26,198 nucleotides of DNA from Octopus sinensis (taxonomy: Eukaryota). The stretch is taken from NCBI RefSeq assembly GCF_006345805.1, contig NW_021835608.1, positions 1 through 26,198 of the forward strand, written 5' to 3'. A model generated the notes under the pieces. That model did not search any database. It saw nothing but the letters and a program-made list of their open reading frames with translations, and was not told where the DNA came from. Below are positions 1 through 9,628 of the stretch, piece by piece; within the stretch, counting starts at the first letter, position 1; every line of letters starts with the position of its first letter. The translations under genes were made by a program, and so were the position numbers.

Positions 1-489
1 GATAGACAGCATGTTGAGAGGATCGTTATTATTTGTTGCTAATTGAGATTAATAAAGATTGGTTAATGAATAAGCCTAATTAGTGAAAGGTAGGTTCCTC
101 CTAATTATCTTTTAATATAAGGGACAATGTTTGGGTAGCAATGAGAAAGATGTGTCTGTATGAAAAAGGGGTTTGGCAGGTGAAGTGTGTTTTGTTTTGT
201 GTTAGGTGAGGAGTTATAACTTGGTGTAGTTTATTATTAAGTATTGGGAGTTTAATGAGGTGGATTAGGAAATATTGGTGGGGGTGTTTAATGACATTCT
301 GGTGACCCATCATCATCAGAATGATCCTCCACCGCCTCCTTGGTCTATGAAATAATGACTGTTACTCTATTGACCCCAGGAGGAATGAAAAATAAAGAGA
401 CCTTCTTCAGGATACACATACATATATATGTATACTAGCAGTATCGCCCGGCGTTGCTCGGGTTTGTAAGGGAAATAACTATATAAGCA

Positions 490-780
490 TTTTTAGTGAG
501 TTATAGCAAAAAATGCGTTAAAAATGGAATAAAAAATGGTAATTTTTTTTTTAAATCGTTGACTCATCGTAGACATTTTTAGAGAGTTACTTCCCTTATA
601 TAATAGCGAAAAATGCATTAAAATGGAATAAAAAATGATGGTAATTTTTTTTTAATCGTTGACTCATCGTAGACATTTTTAGAGAGTTACTTCCCTTATA
701 TAATAGCGAAAAATGCATTAAAATGGAATAAAAAATGATGGTAATTTTTTTTTTAAATCGTAGACTCATCGTAGACGTGC
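490..780. repeat. ~3 tandem copies of a ~100-bp unit inside Helitron copy 1
   Basis: gactcatcgtagac recurs at 561, 661 and 763 (periods 100 and 102), each with aaaatggaataaaaaatg upstream. Confidence 0.9.
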
Positions 781-805
781 GCTAATACCCAGAAGGGCTC
801 GATAT

Positions 806-2770
806 GAATCACGACTATAAGATACCCGGCTTTGGTTACACTGCACTGCAAAATGTGGGAGTAGTTAGGAATCTAAATCGTAGGAGACAGACACACAACC
901 TTACTTTTATATATAAAGATTTGTGCAACAACTAAAACATTCAGTTGTGCAAATTGTTTGAATCACGACCATAAGATACCCGAATTTGTTTAAACTGCAC
1001 CGCAAAATGTGGGAGTAGTTAGGAATCTAAATCGTAGGAGACAGACACACAACCTTACTTTTATATATAAAGATTTGTGCAACAACGAAAACATTCAGTT
1101 GTGCAAATTGTTTGAATCACGACTATAAGATACCCGGTTTTGGTTAAACTGCACCGCAAAATGTGGGAGTAGTTAGGAATCTAAAACGTAGGAGACAGAC
1201 ACACAACCTTACTTTTATATATAAAGATTTGTGCAACAACGAAAACATTCGGTTGTGCAAATTGTTTGAATCACGACCATAAGATACCCGAATTTGGTTA
1301 AACTGCACCGCAAAATGTGGGAGTAGTTAGGAATCTAAATCGTAGGAGACAGACACACAACCTTACTTTTATATATAAAGATTTGTGCAACAACTAAAAC
1401 ATTCAGTTGTGCAAATTGTTTGAATCACGACTATAAGATACCCGGTTTTGGTTAAACTGCACCGCAAAATGTGGGAGTAGTTAGGAATCTAAATCGTTGG
1501 AGACAGACACACAACCTTACTTTTATATATAAAGATTTGTGCAACAACTAAAACATTCAGTTGTGCAAATTGTTTGAATCACGACCATAAGATACCCGAA
1601 TTTGGTTAAACTGCACCGCAAAATGTGGGAGTAGTTAGGAATCTAAATCGTAGGAGACAGACACACAACCTTACTTTTATATATAAAGATTTGTGCAACA
1701 ACGAAAACATTCAGTTGTGCAAATTGTTTGAATCACGACTATAAGATACCCGGTTTTGGTTAAACTGCACCGCAAAATGTGGGAGTAGTTAGGAATCTAA
1801 ATCGTAGGAGACAGACACACAACCTTACTTTTTATATAAAGATTTGTGCAACAACGAAAACATTCGGTTGTGCAAATTGTTTGAATCACGACCATAAGAT
1901 ACCCGAATTTGGTTAAACTGCACCGCAAAATGTGGGAGTAGTTAGGAATCTAAATCGTAGGAGACAGACACACAACCTTACTTTTATATATAAAGATTTG
2001 TGCAACAACTAAAACATTCGGTTGTGCAAATTGTTTGAATCACGACCATAAGATACCCGAATTTGGTTAAACTGCACCGCAAAATGTGGGAGTAGTTAGG
2101 AATCTAAATCGTAGGAGCCAGACACACAACCTTACTTTTATATATAAAGATTTGTGCAACAACGAAAACATTCGGTTGTGCAAATTGTTTGAATCACGAC
2201 TATAAGATACCCGGTTTTGGTTAAACTGCACCGCAAAATGTGGGAGTAGTTAGGAATCTAAATCGTAGGAGACAGACACACAACCTTACTTTTATATATA
2301 AAGATTTGTGCAACAACTAAAACATTCGGTTGTGCAAATTGTTTGAATGACGACTATAAGATACCCGGTTTTGGTTAAACTGCACCGCAAAATGTGGGAG
2401 TAGTTAGGAATCTAAATCGTAGGAGACAGACACACAACCTTACTTTTATATATAAAGATTTGTGCAACAACTAAAACATTCGGTTGTGCAAATTGTTTGA
2501 ATCACGACTATAAGATACCCGGTTTTGGTTAAACTGCACCACAAAATGTGGGAGTAGTTAGGAATCTAAATCGTAGGAGACAGACACACAACCTTACTTT
2601 TATATATAAAGATTTGTGCAACAACGAAAACATTCGGTTGTGCAAATTGTTTGAATCACGACTATAAGATACCCGGTTTTGCTTAAACTGCACCACAAAA
2701 TGTGGGAGTAGTTAGGAATCTAAATAGAAGGGGACAGACACTCACACAACTACAGCTTTATATATATATA
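806..2770. repeat. 154-bp tandem array, 12 full units plus 1 partial, near-identical
   Basis: gaatcacgac (gaatgacgac at 2345) starts at 806, 960, 1114, 1268, 1422, 1576, 1730, 1883, 2037, 2191, 2345, 2499 and 2653. Period is 154 except one unit of 153. No variable spacers. Confidence 0.97.
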
Positions 2771-3284
2771 CTAGCAGTATCGCCCGGCGTTGCTCGGGTT
2801 TGTAAGGGAAATAACTATATAAGCACTTTTAGAGAGTTACTTCCCTTATAGATGCCAATTCGGGCTTTCTTAGCCATTTCTGTTTTGGTGTCTTCAAGCC
2901 ACGAAGTCGTTGTTCTAAAAGAACGCTGGTCTCCTTGACAACGCTTTACAACGTTAATTTCCTTACACTCCCTTCCCCACAGCTTCACGGGGGAGGGAAG
3001 AAGGGGGAGAAGCAACACAGGTGCAGGTGTGACGATGGACGCCAACTCCGCCGCCATCGACACACGAAAAAATATGCATTAAAATGGAATAAAAAATGAT
3101 GTTAAATTATTTTTAAAATTGTAGACTCATCGTAGACGCGCGCTAATAGCCAGACGGGCTTGATATGAATCACGACTATAAGATACCCGAATTTGGTTAA
3201 ACTGCACCGCAAAATGTGGGAGGAGTTAGGAATCTAAATCGAAGGGGACAGACACTCACACAACTACAGTTTTATATATATAGA
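2771..3284 (-). mobile_element. Non-autonomous Helitron copy 2 (both termini present, 514 bp)
   Basis: 3' CTAG at 2771-2774 with the same hairpin (ctagcagtatcgcccggcgttgctcggg) as copy 1. The minus-strand 5' end reads A|TCTATATATATAAAACTGTAG (TC at 3284-3283, host A at 3285). The composite 435-3284 sits in an A|T target, as expected for Helitrons. Confidence 0.88.
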
Positions 3285-3939
3285 TATGAAAAGGAGTGGC
3301 TGAGTGTTGGGGAGAGACTCAGGTAGGTCCAGTAACATCCCTAGTTTCATTGGAAGAATGGTGAAGAGAAGAGATTTACTGCCAATCTTTGTCACAGCAG
3401 TAAGATAGTAGAGTAAAAAGAAGAAGAGAGAGTGATTGAGAGATGAAAGATAGAGGTAAGGGTGATAGGGGTATGGCAGTAGGGACTCAAGCTCCGAGAG
3501 TTGACACTCATCAAACTGGTTTTTGGAGGTCTGGGAATATACCTCCAAAAAACCAGTTTGATAAATGCTAATAAACGAATCTTTCGGATCTTGGGTCACT
3601 TTGTTACTTCTGCTACATATATATATATATATAAGAAAATAGTAAAGAGTGAAAAAACGACAGAAGGCTTAAATGTTAAAGAATATATATATTTGTGTCA
3701 AGATGTCTGGAGAATATTGGAAAAAATTTTTTTTCCCTCCTTAAAATGACATAATTTTATAATTTTTAAAAAAATACCGGTTTCGCAGTTTGTTTTTCAA
3801 ATTCTTGTGACTTAATGTTTATTTATAATAACGTAATTCTTGTATTTTTGCTATGGAGAGCTCTAAATAAGGGAAGGAATTAGTGATTTCTTCCGGTGTA
3901 AGGGAGATAATCGCTTAAAAAAATTTTTTTCCTTTCCTC

Positions 3940-5043
3940 TTAGTGTGAATAGTTGAGTCTGGGTTTGTACTTTTCAATGAAGAATGTTTCCTTGTTTAGT
4001 CTAATTTGTGATGATGATCCAAAAGCACATTGGTAAAATGGAAAGATTAAAAATTGTGGTTTCAGTTGCTTTGCGCATTTCTCAATGTGTTCACTAAAAG
4101 GTATCATTCTATATTCTGGGAATGCAATCTGTTGTCGATGCAGTGTGCATCTACGCCTGAGTGATAGTCCTGTGGACCCCACGTAGTCTTGGTGGCAACC
4201 CGAGCATTTAATGACATAAATTATGTTTTCAGAGGCACAAGTAAAGTTAGATTTGATCTTGAATTTCTGTCCCTCTTTAAAAAAAAATTCTGATCCTTCC
4301 AATAGGTTAGGACATGTTGCACAGTTCGATCTACCACATTTTTTTACTTTTGCATCCGTAGTTTTAGAAGACAATTTTGCCTTTGTGAGAATCTTTTTAA
4401 GTGATTTAGGCTGTTTGTAGCTTTTAATGATTTGGTGTATGTTTAGAATTTCCTTTAATTTGGGGTTTTTATGAAGTATTGGTAAATTCTGGGTGATGAT
4501 GGTGAAAGCTTCTTTGTTTCTGGGGTTGTATGTAGATATGTAAGGTAGTATTTTCGGGGAAGGTGTGTTGTTGTGTTGAACTTTTCTTAAAGTTTCTATG
4601 TTGATTTCTGTTGCACGTCTGATCCCATCCTCTATGAGTTGAGTTGGGTAATGTCTGTCAATTAAGGTGTTTTTGAGTTCTTGCAGTCTGAAGTTCCTGG
4701 TATTTTGTTCTGACACTATTGTGCATATCCTTCTTGCAAGGTTGAAGGGGATGTTTGTTTTAGTGTGTCTTGGGTGGCATGAATTAAAGAGAAGGTATTG
4801 TTTGGCGTCTGTGGCTTTGTAGAAAATGTCTGTTTCTATTTTAAGGTTAATTTTTTTGATTAGTATATCCAAGAACGGAAGCTCCTTTTGGTTGTATTCC
4901 ATTGTGAACTGTATATTTGGGTTTATGCTGTTCAATAGGTTTTTAAATTTTAAGAGTTTATCTGTGTTTTCATTCCAGAGAATAAAACAATCGTCCAAGA
5001 ATCGCTTCCAGTTCTCTTTTATGTATTGAGAGAGGGGGTTTCC
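3940..5043 (-). pseudogene. PLE ORF fragment: C-terminal half of reverse transcriptase, Cys-rich linker and GIY-YIG endonuclease
   Basis: RT catalytic motif WKRFLDDCF, then PLE-type LPFLDILI, TDIFYKATD and YLLFNSCHP. Linker has C-x4-C-x2-C (CGRSNCATC). Endonuclease reads NIIYVIKCSGCHQDYVGST..LH..H..KETFFI with CCHH residues. No stop or frameshift from the truncation point to the stop codon. The listed start at 5064 lies in the inverted arm and is not genuine. Confidence 0.93.
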
Positions 5044-5313
5044 AAATGCTCGGGTTGCCACCAAGACTACGTGGGGTCCACGGGACTATCACTCAGACGT
5101 AGATGCACACTGCATCGACAACAGATTGCATTCCCAGAATATAGAATGATACCTTTTAGTGAACACATTGAGAAATGCGCAAAGCAACTGAAACCACAAT
5201 TTTTAATCTTTCCATTTTACCAATGTGCTTTTGGATTATCATCACAAATTAGACTAAACAAGGAAACATTCTTCATTGAAAAGTACAAACCCAGACTCAA
5301 CTATTCACACTAA
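5044..5313 (+). pseudogene. Inverted duplicate of the PLE GIY-YIG C-terminus (KCSGCHQDYVG...RLNYSH)
   Basis: Reverse complement of 3940-4209. One visible amino-acid difference (AFGLSS vs AFGSSS). No genuine start codon. Confidence 0.92.
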
Positions 5314-5704
5314 GAGGAAAGGAAAAAAATTTTTTTAAGCGATTATCTCCCTTACACCGGAAGAAATCACTAATTTCTTCCCTTATTTAGAGCTCTCCAT
5401 AGCAAAAATACAAGAATTACGTTATTATAAATAAACATTAAGTCACAAGAAATTTGAAAAACGAACTGCGAAACCGGTATTTCTTTAAAAATTATAAAAT
5501 TATGTCATTTTAAGGAGGGAAAAAAAATTTTTCCAATATTCTCCAGACATCTTGACACAAATATATATATTCTTTAACATTTAAGCCTTCTGTCGTTTTT
5601 TCACTCTTTACTATTTTCTTATATATTCACCCACGTGCTTTACCAAACAAACTTTCTTATCTATATATATATATATATATATATAAAAAAATCAAAATCA
5701 ACAT

Positions 5705-5994
5705 CCAAGTCGATCAACATCAATGGAAATTGTAGCTGTGATACCAGTGCCGGTGGCACATAATAAGCACCATCTGATCGCAGCCATTTGGCAGCCTCGT
5801 CTGGCACCTGTGTTGGTGGCACGTAAAAAGCACCCACTACACTCACGGAGTGGTTGGCGTTAGGAAGGGCATCCAGCCGTAGAAACTTTGCCAGATCAGA
5901 CTGGGCCTGGTGCAGCCTTCTGGCTTCCCAGACCCCAGTTGAACCGTCCAACCCATGCTAGCATGGAAAGCGGACGCTAAGTGATGATGATGAT
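5705..5994 (+). mobile_element. Family A SINE-like element (aacccatgctagcatggaaagcggacg-(GAT)n tail; RTE-type tail by inference)
   Basis: The 3' sequence and (GAT)n tail are shared with copies at 9273 (-) and 10372 (+). Confidence 0.85.
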
Positions 5995-6746
5995 ATATAT
6001 ATATACATATATATACCTTCACATACCTATGTATAAATATTTGTGTCTATGTATGTTTATAGATATGAATCAATGAACGACAAAAGAACAAGAGTTACGT
6101 AGACACCTTCATTAGCTTCCAGCTGTTTCTGCTACAGGAAGCAGTGAACTCGAGCCGAGTGTGTGTGCGCGTAGGTGTCTGTGCATTTGTTTATGCTTGC
6201 AATCTCTTTTAAGTTGCTCCAAACAGAAACATCTGTCAACCAATCACCCCCCACCTTGGAAGACATGGGAAATAAGAACTTTTGTTCTTGCAAAATGGTT
6301 TTGGGTGAGCAATAAGAAGGCTGTCTGTCTGTAAAACAAGGCTACAATAATATATTCACCTAACCCATGCTAGCATACAAAGTCAGAAGTGCAATCAAAC
6401 ATAAGTAAACCCATGTTTATTCATTCATATACTCTTATGCATGCATAAACACACACACACACGTGTATGTGTGCATCTGGTGTTAAGAAGATCATCCAGC
6501 TGTAGAAATCTTGCCAAATCTTTCATTGCAGCTCAGCAATGTCCTCTGGTTCACTGCTTCCTCGTCAACTGTCCTACCCATGCCAGTTAGGGAAAATGGA
6601 TATCAAAACCTTTATAATACATCAGATGATGTATTTTCTTTTCTGTATTTTCCTTCTAATAATTTTGTTTTGTTTCTTGCCAGGTTCTTGTGAGTCCCAC
6701 TCAGTCAAGTCTATGACTACACTCGATGAGGGTCACCAATCCTCAC

Positions 6747-6827
6747 CTGGCTTCAAGCAAGAGAATATTTTCCCAAGTTCTTCCAACATGAACAGCACAA
6801 TGGTTGGATATGTTTTCTGGTGGAACA
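6747..6827 (-). other. Candidate 81-nt internal coding exon of an unidentified host gene
   Basis: Minus strand reads tttgtttgcag | 81 nt | ccag/gtgagg. Two frames are open: VPPENISNHCAVHVGRTWENILLLEA and FHQKTYPTIVLFMLEELGKIFSCLKP. It lies in unique sequence. Protein not recognised. Confidence 0.4.
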
Positions 6828-6915
6828 CTGCAAACAAACGACTCTGTTTGTGTGACGTGACATTTGTTTATAATTTGCAGCAGATGTCAAGACAAGGAGA
6901 CATGAGCAGATATAT

Positions 6916-6948
<33 letters not shown>

Positions 6949-7029
6949 AATGCATACACATACAAGTACAAATGTAGATATGCATACATGAATATACACC
7001 CACATGTATATACCATAGACTTTATCAGT

Positions 7030-7168
7030 TCCTGGTACGAAACCCACTCACAAGGCTTGAGTCAACCTGGAACATTAGAAGAAGTTAATTCTTTAAGGTG
7101 CTGCAAAGTGGGACTGAACCTGAAACCACAAGATTGCAAAGTGAATTCCTTAACCTTACAGCCATGCC
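7030..7168 (-). mobile_element. Diverged family B tRNA-derived SINE, 5' half
   Basis: cactcacaaggct...gtgggactgaacc...cagccatgccc matches the heads of the other family B copies. Confidence 0.65.
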
Positions 7169-7196
7169 CCCATCTTTTTTTGGTGATATTTTGAAG

Positions 7197-7290
7197 ATAA
7201 TAATAATAATAATCCTTTCTACTATAGGCACAAGGCCTGAAATTTTGGGTGTGGGGTCTAGTCGATTACATCAACCCCAGCACCCAACTG
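7197..7290 (-). mobile_element. Family C SINE 3' part ((ATT)n tail), interrupted by a family A segment
   Basis: (TAA)n followed by cctttctactataggcacaaggcctgaaattttggg...gtcgattacatc, as in the copies at 8453, 8735 and 20172. Confidence 0.8.
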
Positions 7291-7648
7291 TAGTGGGTGC
7301 TTTTACGTGTCACTGGCACGGGGCCCAGTCAGGCAGTACTGGCAATGACCTCGCTCGAATCTTTTACACATGCCACTGGTATAGGTGCCAGTAAGGCAAT
7401 GCTGTAACGATCACACTCGAATGGTGTGTTTTACGTGCCATCGGCATGGAGGACAGATAGCTGCTCTGGCAACGATCATGCTCGGATGGTGCCCTTAACA
7501 CCCTACTAGCACAGGGCTCGAGTGCCAGTAAGCCGACGCTGGTAACGATCACACTTGAATGGTGCCTTTTATGTGCCACTGGCAAAGAACCGGTTAGCCG
7601 CTCTGTCAGCGACCACACTCGTATGGTGCTCTTTGCACCCGCTAGCAC
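7289..7648 (-). mobile_element. Family A internal segment with tandem subrepeats
   Basis: Repeated ttttacgtgcca / ggcaacgatca / cgaatggtg motifs, also seen in 9273-9605 and (reverse complement) in 10372-10846. Confidence 0.8.
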
Positions 7649-8022
7649 TGTAATTTATTAATTAATTAATCAATTAATTAACAATTTTACCAAGTCGATC
7701 GGTACGTTAAAATACCTTTATAGGTAAAATTATCCATATAATTATAATTAGGCTCGATGTGTACATATTCAGTCCTAGCACTTTGAAATTTTATAAAAAT
7801 TGGAAATATTGTACTGAAGAGAGAAGTAAGTAAAATTCAAATTACTTTAATCTCGAAACACGTATATAATTAATTCTGGTCATGTTGATTCATTGTCTTT
7901 CTCTTTGCCTTCGTAAAAAAGTATGTTTACCGTCATGGAGATTCTTATAGTAGTAGAAAAGGAATTTTTAACTCCCATTCTAATTTCGGGATGTGGTGAA
8001 GCAGTTAGCTGAACCCTAATTA

Positions 8023-8270
8023 TCTCTGTATATATAAAGCTGAAGTTGTCTGTGTATGGCAGGTTCGTTAGCCTTCAACTAACACTGTCTCCTCCGAGAT
8101 CCTGCGCGCAAGTTGACCAAAATTGAGAGTGTGATAGAAGAAGGTTTCTCTTCCTTCCGCAGAAGAAAAATTCAATTGGACCATGTTAACACCAAAAATT
8201 ATTTACATCAAAAAGGTGCTTTTTTTTCTATAAAAATCCCTATTTTTTATGATATTCCTATTATAATAAA
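8023..8270 (+). mobile_element. Helitron-like 5' fragment
   Basis: Begins A|TCTCTGTATATATAAAGCTGAAGTTGTCTGTG, resembling the 5' terminus at 3284. No 3' CTAG or hairpin before the SINE cluster. Right boundary approximate. Confidence 0.5.
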
Positions 8271-8271
8271 A

Positions 8272-8964
8272 CTGATTTTAAATTTTGGCACAAGGCCAGC
8301 AATTTCAAGGACATACTCTCAGCTAGAACTTAATTTATCAATCTCAAAAAGGATGAAAGGCAAAGTCAACCTTGGTGGGGAATTTGAACTCAGAATGTAA
8401 AGACGGTCAAAATTCTGCTTTGCATCCACATAATTCTGCCGGCTCGTCACAGTAATAATAATATAATAACCTTTTTACTATAGGAAGAAGGCCCTGAAAT
8501 TTGAGTGAGGGGACTAGTTGATTACATCAGACCCAGCCCCTAACTGGTTCTTATTTTATCAATCAGAAAAGGATGAGAGGCAAAGTCGACCTTGTGGAAT
8601 TTGGTGGAATAAGTACCAGTTGCACAACTCCAGTGTGTAACTGGTACTTATTGAATTGACCCCAAAAGGAAAAGGAAGAAAGCAAGTCGACCTTGGTGGA
8701 ATTTGAACTCAGACTGTAGCGGCAAACGAGTCATCATAATATTAATAATAATAAGAATGGCTTCAAATTTTAGCACAAGGCCAGCAGTTTCAGGGGAGCA
8801 GGTAAGTTGATTACAGCGACCCAGAACTCGAAAGGTACTTATTTTATCGACCCTGAAAGAATGGAAGTTGACATCGGCAACATTTGAACTCAGAACGTAA
8901 AGACAACCAAAATGCTGCCAAGCATTTTGCCCAGCATGCTAACTGTTCTGCCAGCTCACCACCT
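8272..8964 (-). mobile_element. Cluster of four adjacent family C tRNA-derived SINE copies or fragments
   Basis: Copies at ~8272-8450, 8453-8605, 8606-8730 and 8735-8964. Shared motifs: gcacaaggcc, ggtacttattttatc, ggatgaaaggcaaagtcgacct and atttgaactcag (B-box GAGTTCAAAT on minus). Confidence 0.85.
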
Positions 8965-9272
8965 ACAATCATCATCATCATCATCAATAATAATAAAAAC
9001 AATAACAACAACAACCATACTTTTCCTATTTCATATCCTTCATATGTCCCCTTTTACTTTCATCTCTCTCTTCTCTCATTCACTGTCTCCTTTTAAATAT
9101 CAACTTCACATTTCATTCCCTTCTTTTACATAAACATATATATATATATTATGTGTGTATATGTGTATATATCTATATATATATATATATATATATATTA
9201 ATATATATATATATCATATTATGTGTATTATAATATATACATATGTATATATATAATATATATATATTATGT

Positions 9273-9605
9273 ATCATCATCATCATCGTTTAACCTCTGC
9301 CTTCCATGCTAGCATGGGTTGGACGATTTTGACTGAGGGCTGGCAAAACCAGATGGTTGCACCAGCTCCAATCTTGATCTGACAGAGTTTCTACAGCTGG
9401 ATGCCCTTCCTAACGCCAACCACTCCGAGAGTGTAGTGGGTGCATTTTACGTGCCACCGGCAGGAGGGCCAGTCAGGCGGTACTGGCAACGACCTCACTC
9501 GAATGGTGTCTTTTACGTGCCACTGACACGGAAGCCAGTTAACCACTCTGGCAACGATCATGCTTGGATGATGCTCTTAGTACCCTACTAGCCCGGGCAC
9601 AAGTA
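9273..9605 (-). mobile_element. Family A SINE-like element
   Basis: (CAT)n followed by cgtttaacctctgccttccatgctagcatgggttggacg, the reverse complement of the 5705 copy tail. Confidence 0.88.
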
Positions 9606-9628
9606 AGGCCACGTGTTATATATATATT

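Larger units (their letters stand above)
435..2770 (-). mobile_element. Non-autonomous Helitron copy 1, containing ~100-bp and 154-bp internal tandem repeats
   Basis: Minus-strand 3' end is CTAG (plus 435-438) followed by host T at 434. A GC-rich imperfect hairpin cccg-gcgttgct-cggg (447-462) lies just inside it. The 5' end at ~2750-2770 (tacagctttatatatatatata) matches the terminus of copy 2. No TSD and no Rep/Hel ORF. Confidence 0.85.
3627..5626 (-). mobile_element. Penelope-like retroelement (PLE), 5'-truncated, with inverted 3'-end copy; probably Neptune clade
   Basis: Minus-strand RT-EN ORF fragment with 3' UTR (3627-5043), plus a plus-strand copy of its last 583 bp (5044-5626) that is ~99% identical to 3627-4209. 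The left end lies in an (AT)n tract. Confidence 0.93.

Noticed and set aside
806-2770. CRISPR-like array
   Set aside because: Units are near-identical over their whole 154 bp with no unique spacers, there are no cas genes, and the context is eukaryotic.
2815-3063. 82-aa minus ORF as a gene
   Set aside because: It lies wholly inside a non-autonomous Helitron, has no recognisable motif and runs into terminal sequence.
3480-3530. Hammerhead ribozyme on the minus strand (ttgatgag)
   Set aside because: The core is TTGATGA rather than CTGATGA, and no GAAA follows a stem II.
5044-5064. Start codon and N-terminus MVATRAF of the 374-aa ORF; likewise the start of the 95-aa plus ORF at 5026
   Set aside because: Both are read-through across the inversion junction at 5043/5044, not genuine starts.
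6539-6949. 136-aa plus ORF as a single-exon gene
   Set aside because: It spans an intron-like pyrimidine tract and ends in (CA)n; no domain recognised.
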